A stretch of DNA of 64,000 nt. Source: an uncultured Clostridia bacterium. Its GTDB lineage: Bacteria > Bacillota > Clostridia > Christensenellales > UBA1242. Every line of letters starts with the position of its first letter. The first letter of the stretch is position 1. The notes beneath the pieces were generated by a model, which did not search any database, was not told the DNA's origin, and saw nothing but the letters and a program-made list of their open reading frames with translations. The stretch lies in assembly GCA_937896905.1 (NCBI GenBank), contig CALBOE010000010.1:3080-67079 (forward strand). The letters run 5' to 3'. The translations under genes and the position numbers were made by a program. Positions 19,151-28,518 of this stretch are shown here, piece by piece.

Positions 19151-21677
19151 CATAAAGCGTTTTGCCTTGGCTAACTTCCACTTTAAGAGGAACGGTTAGT
19201 TTTGCAACTCTTTCCATTTCTTGTTTTAAAATGGTTTTGACAATTTCTTCTTCTCCCGGGAAACAATCTACTATAAGTTCGTCGTGAATTTGCAATATCA
19301 ACTTACTGTTTAAATTTTGGTTTTTTATTGCCTTGTTAACATTTATCATCGCAATTTTAATAATGTCGCTAGCACTGCCTTGAAGAGGCATATTCTTTGC
19401 TGTTCTTTCTGCAAAACCGCGAATGATGTGATTGCTAGAATTTACGTCTGGAATATGACGAATTCTTCCCATCATAGTGCAAACATATCCCTTTTCACGC
19501 GCAAACTGAATTTGCTTTTCGCCATACTCTTTAACTTTTGGATATATGCTCATATATTTATTAATAAATTCACTTGCTTCTTTTGGCGAACAACCCAAAC
19601 TTTCGCTTAAACCGTAAGCAGAAATTCCATAAATAATTCCAAAATTAACTGTTTTTGCAGTTCTTCGCATACTGCCCGTAACTTCGTCTATGCCAACTCC
19701 AAAAATTTTGCTTGCAGTTGCTGTGTGAATATCCTTGCCAGATAAATAGTCCGCAATCATACTTTCGTCTTCGCTAAAATTTGCAATTAGGCGAAGTTCT
19801 ATTTGATTATAGTCGGCACTAATCAAAGTTCCACCATCAAACGAACTTATGAACATCTTTCTTAGAAGTTTGCCCTCGTCATCTCGTATTGGTAGATTTT
19901 GCAAGTTCGGTTCACGGCTACTTAATCTACCCGTTGATGTGGTGCGTTGCATAAACGTTGTGTGAATTTTATTGTCTGCCCCAACATAATTTAACATTCC
20001 ATCTAAATAGGTGGTTATTAGTTTGTTTATTTTTCTATATCGCAAAATGTAAGAAACTATTTCGTGTCTACCCTCAATTGCTTTTAAAACTTCCACCGAT
20101 GTGCTTTTTTTGCCTTTATATTCAATTTTTAATTTTTCAAATAATATCACTTGCAGTTGTTTTGGGCTGTTTATGTTAAACTCTTCGCCTGCAAGTTCAT
20201 ATATTTTAGTTGTTAGTTGGGCAAGTTCTTCCTTATAGGTTTTTGTTAGGGTTTTAATAATGTTTGTGTCCACCTTAAAACCCGTCTGTTCCATTTCAAA
20301 CAAAACTGCAACCAATGGAAGTTCAATGTTGCTATATAATTTAAGTTGAGTGTTTTGAATTAACTTATTAATGTAAATTTCTTTTAAAGTTAACAAGGCG
20401 TTTGCATTTTTTTCTGGAATTTCATTTAGTTTTAATGCATCAGCAAAAGTAATTTCCGCATCCATTTGGTTGGCAATATAAATTGCAAGCGAAACATCAC
20501 AATAATTGTTTAACACCATGCTATAATGGCTTAACTCGTGCATTAGCTGTTTTGCATCAAATACAATTTTTTGCGCATTACCCTCAAACAATTCCTTAAT
20601 TTTTGTAATATTTGCATTAAAAATTTCGCCACTTTTATATAGCACAAATTCATTGCCGTCTTTAGCAAAATTAAAACTGAATTCTTCGCTTAAAACAGCG
20701 AAACTATCGCCCAAAGCTGCCAACATATTGTTAAAATCTGCTTGCGAATTTATTTCAACAACTTCAACTTTCTGGCTAACTGCTTCATGTTTCCCGCCAC
20801 CAGCCAACACCTGTTCAACATCACCAGCAAAAAGCTCTTTTCTTGCTAGCATGCTTTTAAAATCCAACTCCTTCATAAGCGAATAAACCTTTTCGTTAAA
20901 TGGCAGTTTAAGTTCGCAATCTTCAAGGGTGCAATTTAATTCAACATCTATTTTAATTGTTGCAAGTTGGTGCGACAGATATGCGGTTTCTTTATTTGCA
21001 ACTAATTTCTTTTGATATTTTGTTGGAACGTTATTAATGTTGGCAAAAATATTATCCAAACTGCCATATTGCGCAATTAGTTCATTGGCACCAATTTTGC
21101 CAATGCCCGCAACCCCTGGAATGTTATCTGACGCATCGCCCATAATGCTTTTTAATTCTATAACTTGATATGGCTCTATACCCATTTCAGCTTTTAATGT
21201 TTCGGGCGTTAGCTTTAAAACATTAGAAATTCCTTTTTGCGTTAGCCAAACTGTGGTGTGTTCGTTTATAAGTTGCAAAAGGTCCTTATCTCCAGAAACC
21301 AAAATAAACTCTTCGTTAAACTTTCTGGTTAAACTGCCTAGCAAGTCGTCAGCTTCAATTTCTGGCATTTCCAATGTTTTAATATTCATTGCCGAAAGCA
21401 TTTCCTTAAGTAGTGGCAATTGAACGGCTAAATCTTCTGGCATTTTATCCCTTTTGCCCTTATACTCTGCATACATATTATGGCGAAACGTGTGCTTGCC
21501 AGCATCGAAAGTGCAAACCAAATATTTTGGCTTTTCCTTTGAAATAACGTTAAGCATCATATTAATAAAACCATAAACCGCATTACAAGGCTTTCCACTT
21601 AAACTTTTAAGCATTGGCAACCCATAAAACGCACGATTAATTAAACTATTTCCATCAATAATAACAAATTTTTCCAT
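19137..21677 (-). CDS. polA: DNA polymerase I
   Basis: 846 aa; N-terminal 5'-3' exonuclease; polymerase motifs DYNQIELR, RRTAKTVNFGIIYG, QIHDELIV. Confidence 0.95.
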   Translation of the reverse strand: MEKFVIIDGNSLINRAFYGLPMLKSLSGKPCNAVYGFINMMLNVISKEKPKYLVCTFDAGKHTFRHNMYAEYKGKRDKMPEDLAVQLPLLKEMLSAMNIKTLEMPEIEADDLLGSLTRKFNEEFILVSGDKDLLQLINEHTTVWLTQKGISNVLKLTPETLKAEMGIEPYQVIELKSIMGDASDNIPGVAGIGKIGANELIAQYGSLDNIFANINNVPTKYQKKLVANKETAYLSHQLATIKIDVELNCTLEDCELKLPFNEKVYSLMKELDFKSMLARKELFAGDVEQVLAGGGKHEAVSQKVEVVEINSQADFNNMLAALGDSFAVLSEEFSFNFAKDGNEFVLYKSGEIFNANITKIKELFEGNAQKIVFDAKQLMHELSHYSMVLNNYCDVSLAIYIANQMDAEITFADALKLNEIPEKNANALLTLKEIYINKLIQNTQLKLYSNIELPLVAVLFEMEQTGFKVDTNIIKTLTKTYKEELAQLTTKIYELAGEEFNINSPKQLQVILFEKLKIEYKGKKSTSVEVLKAIEGRHEIVSYILRYRKINKLITTYLDGMLNYVGADNKIHTTFMQRTTSTGRLSSREPNLQNLPIRDDEGKLLRKMFISSFDGGTLISADYNQIELRLIANFSEDESMIADYLSGKDIHTATASKIFGVGIDEVTGSMRRTAKTVNFGIIYGISAYGLSESLGCSPKEASEFINKYMSIYPKVKEYGEKQIQFAREKGYVCTMMGRIRHIPDVNSSNHIIRGFAERTAKNMPLQGSASDIIKIAMINVNKAIKNQNLNSKLILQIHDELIVDCFPGEEEIVKTILKQEMERVAKLTVPLKVEVSQGKTLYDAKD

Positions 21678-21769
21678 ATTGTTATTATATCACAAAACCA
21701 TTTTTTTTAAAAATAAATTACACCTTATGTAAAATGTTTTATTTAAACATAAAAATTTAATTAAATCTC

Positions 21770-21798
21770 TTGCCTAATTTTAAAATTTATGTTATATT
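21770..21798 (+). promoter_or_regulatory. Promoter upstream of tRNA-Leu (TTGCCT-17 nt-TGtTATATT)
   Basis: TTGCCT 21770-21775, extended -10 TGT+TATATT 21790-21798. Confidence 0.55.
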
Positions 21799-21804
21799 AA
21801 AAAA

Positions 21805-21949
21805 GTTAAAACAACTTGCCAATGGTGCAAGTTATACAAACAGGGATCCCACTCAAACTTGTTTGCTGTGGGAAGAGGAGCAACCGAACAAAAAGGCTAA
21901 ATTTGCGCAGAGTAACTAAGCAAATTGCCAAAGGTGAGAGTTGCGACGT
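21805..21949 (+). ncRNA. Structured ~145-nt leader or unknown small RNA preceding tRNA-Leu
   Basis: GC content well above neighbouring spacers; hairpins 21813-21833 and 21895-21929; crossing stems 21837-42/21860-65 and 21847-52/21868-73. Confidence 0.3.
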
Positions 21950-22035
21950 GGCGGTGTGGCGAAATGGCAGACGCAGCAGACTCAAAATCTGCCGGGGGCA
22001 ACTCCGTGTCGGTTCGACCCCGACCACCGCCACCA
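21950..22035 (+). tRNA. tRNA-Leu (anticodon CAA), class II, CCA encoded
   Basis: Acceptor GGCGGTG/CACCGCC, anticodon arm GCAGA-CTCAAAA-TCTGC, long variable arm, T-arm GTCGG-TTCGACC-CCGAC, ACCA end. Confidence 0.9.
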
Positions 22036-22124
22036 TAATTAAGCAGGTTTATGCCTGTTTTTTTATTATCACTATTGAAATTTAAGTTTTTATATGTTAT
22101 CATATAAATATATTCGGAGCAACT

Positions 22125-22802
22125 ATGCAAAAAAGTTTATTATCACTAATTAATCAATTAAAAGGCAAAAAACAGGTTTTACGCAGACAGTGCCAAAAAC
22201 TCTTTTTAGACCCTAACGGACAAGAAAAAAAAGAAGCCTATGAACAAGAAATTGAAAAAATTAATGACATCTTATTGGAAATTTCTAAAAAATTTGTTAT
22301 GTCCGCTTATGGTTTGGAAAAAATAATTTCTAAAAAAACTGGTAAAGAACATAAATTAAAAATCTTTTGTGAAACTTATGAAAAAGATGGCAAAACCTAT
22401 TTATCCCACCGCTTTGTTGTTTGCTATTTGAGCAAAGACGATGAGTTTTTTAATTATCCTACAACAAGTTCCTACAAAGAAAAAGAATTGAACGGAAATT
22501 ATGTTTATGAAAACATTTCAATTCCCGAAACTGATTACAAAAAATTAATACAAAGTTTAATTGAAAGCAAAGCATTAATTCCAATGCAATCGCAACGTTT
22601 TGACACATTTTCACCATCACCATCAACTAGTTTTAACGGGCTTAATTTTGTGGATATGTTGTTGTTCAACTACCCTCTTAGCAGGATTGAACTTTCTTTT
22701 AAACAAATCATAACCCCTTGGATTAATGAGGTTTTAGAACAAATTATTGTTGATGAAAATTTAAACCCTGTTAATGCAAAAACTGATGAAGCAACTTGCT
22801 AA
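22125..22802 (+). CDS. Hypothetical protein
   Basis: 225-aa ORF with SD GGAG 6 nt upstream; no recognised motif. Confidence 0.5.
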   Translation: MQKSLLSLINQLKGKKQVLRRQCQKLFLDPNGQEKKEAYEQEIEKINDILLEISKKFVMSAYGLEKIISKKTGKEHKLKIFCETYEKDGKTYLSHRFVVCYLSKDDEFFNYPTTSSYKEKELNGNYVYENISIPETDYKKLIQSLIESKALIPMQSQRFDTFSPSPSTSFNGLNFVDMLLFNYPLSRIELSFKQIITPWINEVLEQIIVDENLNPVNAKTDEATC

Positions 22803-22803
22803 T

Positions 22804-22833
22804 AAAAAATGCTAGGTCGCCCCAGCATTTTTT
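22804..22833. terminator. Bidirectional terminator between the 225-aa gene and metG
   Basis: AATGCT.GG / CC.AGCATT stem flanked by an A-run and a T-run. Confidence 0.55.
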
Positions 22834-22899
22834 GTTTTGGTTTTTAGTTTTTGCAATATGTTTGTCAATTTATAAGCATTATTTGCTAAGCGTTTAGTT

Positions 22900-24507
22900 C
22901 TATTTATCCAATTGCATACGTTCAAACAAAAGGTCGTTGTTTTGCACTGTTAGGTTGGTGCCAATTTCGGTTGGAGCCCAAACCACATCTTTGTTTAGTG
23001 CAAGTTTTGCCTTAATTTTTTGGCAGGTTTCTGGAATGAATGGTGCAAATAAGTTTGCCATATTTGCCATCATATAAACACAAGTGTAGGTTGTGTTGTT
23101 AAATCCATTAATATCGTCCACCACTTGAACCCACGGCTTATTATCGTCGTAGAACTTATTGCCTGCACTGGCATAGTTCATTGCAGTTTCTAATGCCAAC
23201 CTTAACTTACCTTCTTCAATTAATGCGCCAACTTTTTCGAAGGTTTCCGCAGTTAATTGTTTAATGCTTTCGTCTACTATACCATTTGGAATTTTTCCCT
23301 CGAACTTTTTATTTAGATAACTTAAATTTCGGTTCACAAAATTTCCAAACACGCCAACTAAGAATTTGTTGTGAATAATTTTAAAATCGTTCAAGCTAAA
23401 ATTAATATCCTTTGTTTCTGGGCCGTTGGCAATCATATAGTATCTAATGCTATCTTTTGGGAATAGTTCTAGCATTTCGTTAACGCTTAATAAATTGCCT
23501 TTACTTTTGCTCATTTTTTCGTTGTTCATATTAACATATTCGCAAGAAACAATGTAGTTTGGCAAATTTAAATTTTCGTCGATAGACATTAATAATGAAG
23601 GGAAAATTACTGTGTGGAAAGGTATGTTATCCTTGCCGTGAACGTAATAGGAAGTTACATTTTCTTTTTGCATAAATTCGTCGAAATTAATGCCCTTTTC
23701 TTCTGCAACTTTTCTTCCGGCAGTTAAATAACCTAAAACTGCCTCTATCCATACATACACCTTTTTATCGGCAAATCCCTCGAATGGAACATCAACGCCC
23801 CAATCTAGCTGCCTTGTAACCGCCCTATCTATTAAGCCCATTTCTAAAAACTTTTCGGTTTCTTTAACGGCATTAACCCTCCAAACGCTATCGTGCTGTT
23901 GGTTCATTGTTCTAACCGCATTTTGGAATTTAGAAAGTGCAAAATACAAGTGAGTGTTTGTTTTTTCTACCGTTTTTTCGCCACATAAACTGCATTGTTT
24001 GTTTAGAACTTCTTTTGCATTTAGGGTTGCAAGGCAATTATCGCACTGATCACCTTTCGCTGTCCCGCCACAATGTGGGCAGGTTCCAACAATTTCTCTG
24101 TCGCTTAAAAAGTTGTTGCACTTTAAACAAAAATCTTGAGTTTCTTGTTTTGAATAGATATATCCATTATTAAAAATTTGTTTAAGATATTTTTTAACGT
24201 ATTCCGCATGGAAATCTGTCATTGTAGATGTGTATAGGTCGTAAGAAAAATCTAAGTCGCTGAAATTTTTAGAAAACTCTGCGTGATACTTTTCTGCAAT
24301 TTCCCTTGGGCTTATTCCTTCCTTTTTTGCACGCACTGTTATTGGTGTTCCGTGGCTATCTGTGCCAGAAACATATATAACATTGTTACCCTTCATTCTA
24401 TGATATCTTGCAATAATATCGCCAGGCAAAAGTGCCGCCAAATGGCCCACGTGCAACGAGTTGTTAGCGTATGGCCACGCCCCGCCAATAAATATATTTT
24501 TATTCAT
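22900..24507 (-). CDS. metG: Methionyl-tRNA synthetase (short form, no C-terminal tRNA-binding domain)
   Basis: HVGH and KMSKS motifs; zinc knuckles CLKC..CPHC..CDNC; ATG 24507 preferred over 24519 because GGAGAA sits 6 nt upstream. Confidence 0.9.
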   Translation of the reverse strand: MNKNIFIGGAWPYANNSLHVGHLAALLPGDIIARYHRMKGNNVIYVSGTDSHGTPITVRAKKEGISPREIAEKYHAEFSKNFSDLDFSYDLYTSTMTDFHAEYVKKYLKQIFNNGYIYSKQETQDFCLKCNNFLSDREIVGTCPHCGGTAKGDQCDNCLATLNAKEVLNKQCSLCGEKTVEKTNTHLYFALSKFQNAVRTMNQQHDSVWRVNAVKETEKFLEMGLIDRAVTRQLDWGVDVPFEGFADKKVYVWIEAVLGYLTAGRKVAEEKGINFDEFMQKENVTSYYVHGKDNIPFHTVIFPSLLMSIDENLNLPNYIVSCEYVNMNNEKMSKSKGNLLSVNEMLELFPKDSIRYYMIANGPETKDINFSLNDFKIIHNKFLVGVFGNFVNRNLSYLNKKFEGKIPNGIVDESIKQLTAETFEKVGALIEEGKLRLALETAMNYASAGNKFYDDNKPWVQVVDDINGFNNTTYTCVYMMANMANLFAPFIPETCQKIKAKLALNKDVVWAPTEIGTNLTVQNNDLLFERMQLDK

Positions 24508-24564
24508 AATTTTCTCCATTTAACCTTTAAAGAGATGCCTTTCGACATCTCTAAAAATATTAAG

Positions 24565-25773
24565 TTATAGTTCCACTTTAAACATTGTTCCTTTGCCAAC
24601 TTGCAAAGCACATTCTTTTTTAGAACAGGTTAGTTTTTCCCAACGTTCGCCATCAACTTTAACAGCACCACCTGCTATTAATCTTCTAACATCACCTTTA
24701 GATTTATACTTTCCGGTTGAGAATAAAAGGTCGATTAAATTAATTTCGCCTTCTGCGTTCACAAATTCGCTTGTGCATTTAATAACTGGGGTTTGCTCGG
24801 TTACAATGTTCTTTTGATAGTTTGCAATAAAAGCATTTTCCGCCATAACTGCAGCGTCTGCACTATGATATAGTTTAACAAGTTCACGTGCTAGCATCAT
24901 TTTAACATCACGTGGATTTTTTCCATTTAACATATCCACATGAATTTGTTTAATTACGTCTGGGTGCAAGTCGGTTGTTAGGGTGAAATACCTAATTATT
25001 AGTTCGTCTGGAACTTTCATTGCCTTTTCGTAAATTACGTTTGCTTCTTCGTTAATTCCAATATAGTTCCCTAACGACTTACTCATTTTTTCCTTGCCAT
25101 CAGTTCCTTCTAAAAGTGGAACAAAAAGTGGCACTTGTTGGCTTAAGCCGTAATCCTTTTGAATGTTTCTGCCCAAAAGCACGTTAAAGGTTTGGTCGGT
25201 TCCGCCCATTTCAATATCTGCCTTGCACACAACACTATCGTACGCCTGCATTAATGGATAGAAGAATTCGTGAACAGAAATTGGTGCGTTGTTTTTGTAT
25301 CGGTTGGCAAAATCGTCCCTTTCCAAAATTCTTGCAACTGTTGTTTTAGAACAAAGCTCGATAATTTGTGGGAAAGTCATTGTTGCAAACCAATCGCCAT
25401 TATATAGAACTTCGGTTTTTTCTTTATTTAAAATTTTAAAAATTTGTTCCACATAAGTTTTTGCGTTTTCCCTAACTTGTTCTTTGGAAAGTTGGTTTCT
25501 TGTTTTGCTTTTTCCGCTTGGATCGCCAATCATACCAGTGAAGTCACCAATAATAATGCTAACTTTATGCCCTAAATCCTGAAGTTGTTTTAGTTTCCTT
25601 AATGCAACTGCATGGCCTAAGTGAATGTCTGGCGCAGAAGGGTCCAACCCAAATTTAATATTTAAAACTCTATTTTCTTTGTGCACTTGATTAACCTTTT
25701 CAGTTAATGCATTAACATCAACCATCTCAATTCCCTTTAACAAGAATTTTAATGTTTCTTCTTTATTAAACAT
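24565..25773 (-). CDS. tyrS: Tyrosyl-tRNA synthetase
   Basis: HLGH and KMSKS motifs, C-terminal S4-like segment; start set at ATG 25773 behind SD AGGAGA. Confidence 0.9.
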   Translation of the reverse strand: MFNKEETLKFLLKGIEMVDVNALTEKVNQVHKENRVLNIKFGLDPSAPDIHLGHAVALRKLKQLQDLGHKVSIIIGDFTGMIGDPSGKSKTRNQLSKEQVRENAKTYVEQIFKILNKEKTEVLYNGDWFATMTFPQIIELCSKTTVARILERDDFANRYKNNAPISVHEFFYPLMQAYDSVVCKADIEMGGTDQTFNVLLGRNIQKDYGLSQQVPLFVPLLEGTDGKEKMSKSLGNYIGINEEANVIYEKAMKVPDELIIRYFTLTTDLHPDVIKQIHVDMLNGKNPRDVKMMLARELVKLYHSADAAVMAENAFIANYQKNIVTEQTPVIKCTSEFVNAEGEINLIDLLFSTGKYKSKGDVRRLIAGGAVKVDGERWEKLTCSKKECALQVGKGTMFKVEL

Positions 25774-25876
25774 AATTTCTCCTATATTTATTTTATAAAT
25801 AAAACGATAGCACAATGAAAAATTTTTGTCAACTTATTTATAAGTTTAGCCACATTTATGCAAGACTAAAGTTAAA

Positions 25877-27319
25877 TTAAGTTCTGTTTTTTTCTAACGC
25901 TTCGAACAATTTAATAAGCTTCTTTTTTGCAAGCTCTGAGTTAACATAGGCAAACCACTTAATTTGTGCAACATTTTGAATTTCACCTTTTGAGTTACGT
26001 TCCACAAAAATTTCAACCTGATCGCCATCATTTAGTTTTGTGTATGGTGGTTGTTTGGTTTTGCTTCCATTAATTATTGCATACTTAAAGCCAAAGCCAA
26101 GATCTTGATGAATTTTAAAGGCAAAATCTAACGCCGTTGAATTTTCTGGAACAAACTTAACTTCGCCAGAACGAGTTTTTACGCTTATGTAGTTGGTGGA
26201 AAGATTGTTAATATCGTCGTCGTCAATCAACTCGTTAACTTGCCCATCTAATGTGCCAATTTTTTGCAAAACATAATCCATTCTGCTCATAATATACAAG
26301 TTGTATTTATTTCTAAAATTATCTTGAAGTTGATAATAAACTTTGTGCGTGAATCTGCCAATTTTTGCATCTATAATTTTTACGTTGCCCATTAGTTTTT
26401 TGTTTAAAACAAATAAAACTTCCTTAACTGCATTTTTGTGTTTTTCATTATCGTATAAGCAATATATATTGTAGTTTGCAACTTTTAAAATTTGCCCTTG
26501 AGAAACAGTTCCAATGTTTTGTTTTGGAAATAGTTCTTTAAGGTCGCTATACACTTTATATTCTTTAACATTGTGCATTCGCACGTCTTTAATGCTGGTG
26601 TTTTGGAAACTTTCTTTTAAAATTTCGTGCAAATTATCAACATTCTTTTTGTTGGTTTTGTGATAAATTGAATAATGCTCTAAAAAGGTTTTAGCAGAGT
26701 CCCTTTGAACAATTTTAAAGCACTCGTTACGAATGTCCCTATAAAAGCGCTCCGAGTTTAATTTTTCGGCAATTGGAATTATCCATCTTTCGCTTTCCCT
26801 AACTTTTTCTAGTTGCTTGTTATAATCAAAACATTGGATTGTTCTAAGGTTATGCAATCTATCGGCAAACTTAATGGCAAAACCCATTGGATTTTTTTTG
26901 CCCAACGCAATTAGTTTTTTAAATGTTTGCTCTTCGGCTGAAGATTTAACAAAATTAACGTCTTCATAAATTTCATCTTCGTCAAAAATATATTTGGTTT
27001 TATCTATGGCGCTAACGCAATCCACCATTTCGGCAATGTTGCCATTAAAATTTTGGGTTATTTCTTCCAAAGTGTAGCCACAATCTTCCACAACGTCGTG
27101 CAAAAGTGCCGCCGAAACCACATCTGCATTAAAATCTAGTTCCGCCAAAATTAAAGCAACTTCCACTGGGTGAGAAATATATGGCAAACCATCTTTTCTT
27201 GTTTGTCCGTAGTGCAATCTAGTTGCCGTTGCATAAACATTATCTAGCAGTTTTAAAGCATCTTCGTCTTTTTCAAAACGCTTTCTAATTTTAAAGAATT
27301 TAACATCAATATCATTCAT
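25877..27319 (-). CDS. RelA/SpoT homolog: intact HD hydrolase, degenerate synthetase-like middle, TGS domain, no distal C-terminal domains
   Basis: HD motifs HYGQTRKDGLPYISHP...LLHDVVED; TGS-like ISVKTRSGEVKFVPENSTALDFAFKIH; synthetase motifs not recognisable. Confidence 0.75.
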   Translation of the reverse strand: MNDIDVKFFKIRKRFEKDEDALKLLDNVYATATRLHYGQTRKDGLPYISHPVEVALILAELDFNADVVSAALLHDVVEDCGYTLEEITQNFNGNIAEMVDCVSAIDKTKYIFDEDEIYEDVNFVKSSAEEQTFKKLIALGKKNPMGFAIKFADRLHNLRTIQCFDYNKQLEKVRESERWIIPIAEKLNSERFYRDIRNECFKIVQRDSAKTFLEHYSIYHKTNKKNVDNLHEILKESFQNTSIKDVRMHNVKEYKVYSDLKELFPKQNIGTVSQGQILKVANYNIYCLYDNEKHKNAVKEVLFVLNKKLMGNVKIIDAKIGRFTHKVYYQLQDNFRNKYNLYIMSRMDYVLQKIGTLDGQVNELIDDDDINNLSTNYISVKTRSGEVKFVPENSTALDFAFKIHQDLGFGFKYAIINGSKTKQPPYTKLNDGDQVEIFVERNSKGEIQNVAQIKWFAYVNSELAKKKLIKLFEALEKNRT

Positions 27320-28277
27320 TAGACATCTCCTTTAAAAGTTTAAACATAGCGTCATCTTCTTTGTTAGAAATTTTTGCAAATCTAAAGGCATTAGCTTCTA
27401 GAATTTCATAGAAATGGAAATCTAATTTATTTTGAATAATTGCCACCTTTTGGTGTTCTGCAAGTTGCAAGGAAAGTTCATTTTTTTCTAAATATAAACG
27501 CTTAAACAACGCAATAATGTCGTCAACAGCATCGTCTAATTTCATAGTGTAATTATCTAGTTTTAGGCAATTATAAAGTTCTCCATCTGGTTTTTCAATA
27601 ACCTTTCTGGAAAGAATAATGTATTGCACACAAGGGTTATGTTCCCTGCCCCTAGAAACCGAGTTGACGGTTCCTATTCCACCAATATATTGCGCCTTTG
27701 TTGGCGGATTATTAAGTAGAATATAGGAAAAATCTCCATTATCCCTATCTGTTAACTCAATAGAAATTATGTGTTCGCTGGTGATTATTTTGCCTTTATA
27801 AAAATACTTTTGCTTAGATAGAAGTTCAATGATTTTGGCGCTTTCTTTAATTTGATTTAACTCCTGCAAAAGCTTAGTGGCTTCAACCCTGCCTTTAACA
27901 AAGGTTGCGCAAACTCTTACGTTGCTGTCAAACTCCTTTTCCTTCAAAATGCTAATAACACCATAGTTTAGCGTGCTTTTTAAATTTGTGTGCGCTTCGC
28001 CCTTATAGGAATTATTATTATAATAATAAACAATATAATTACCAATAAACCTATCGTAGGAAACATCATGATGCGCTTCGAAATCGGAAAACAAAAAATT
28101 ATCAATACTAATGCCAAAAGCATCTTTTAGAGCAACTAAAAATTGCATAGAAGGTTCACTTGTTGCCGACAAATAATTATTAATGCTAGATTGCGAAAAA
28201 CCTGTTTTTTCTGCAATGTATCGTTGAGTGTATTGCTTTGCCAATGTTTTTAGATTTTTTTGAAATTTATTAGACAT
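27312..28277 (-). CDS. XRE-family HTH protein with a large uncharacterised C-terminal domain
   Basis: HTH pattern RYIAEKTGFSQSSINNYLS; start set at ATG 28277 behind SD AAGGTGGA; 8-nt overlap with the downstream RSH gene. Confidence 0.65.
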   Translation of the reverse strand: MSNKFQKNLKTLAKQYTQRYIAEKTGFSQSSINNYLSATSEPSMQFLVALKDAFGISIDNFLFSDFEAHHDVSYDRFIGNYIVYYYNNNSYKGEAHTNLKSTLNYGVISILKEKEFDSNVRVCATFVKGRVEATKLLQELNQIKESAKIIELLSKQKYFYKGKIITSEHIISIELTDRDNGDFSYILLNNPPTKAQYIGGIGTVNSVSRGREHNPCVQYIILSRKVIEKPDGELYNCLKLDNYTMKLDDAVDDIIALFKRLYLEKNELSLQLAEHQKVAIIQNKLDFHFYEILEANAFRFAKISNKEDDAMFKLLKEMSNE

Positions 28278-28306
28278 ACTTCCACCTTTTCCTATTGTAT
28301 ACATTA

Positions 28307-28335
28307 ATTTTATACCTTTTTTGTTTTAGTGTCAA
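28307..28335 (-). promoter_or_regulatory. Promoter of the XRE-RSH operon (TTGACA-17 nt-TAAAAT)
   Basis: Minus-strand TTGACA at 28330-28335 and TAAAAT at 28307-28312. Confidence 0.55.
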
Positions 28336-28518
28336 TAGATTGTTTGGAAAAAAGTGATAATAATATTAATTTTATGAATGCTTTTGATTAGTTTAATGAT
28401 TTTTTAAACCACCGTTTCATTTTATCCCACCTGTAAAATTATAAAAGTAATCATAAAAAATTGAACACTTGCAATCATTCTAATAATAAAAAATTCCCAA
28501 ATAATGGGAACTTTTTTG

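Noticed and set aside
21806-22130. Three overlapping ORFs of 76-89 aa on both strands
   Set aside because: They run across tRNA-Leu and its structured leader. The reading frames are a by-product of the GC-richer RNA sequence.
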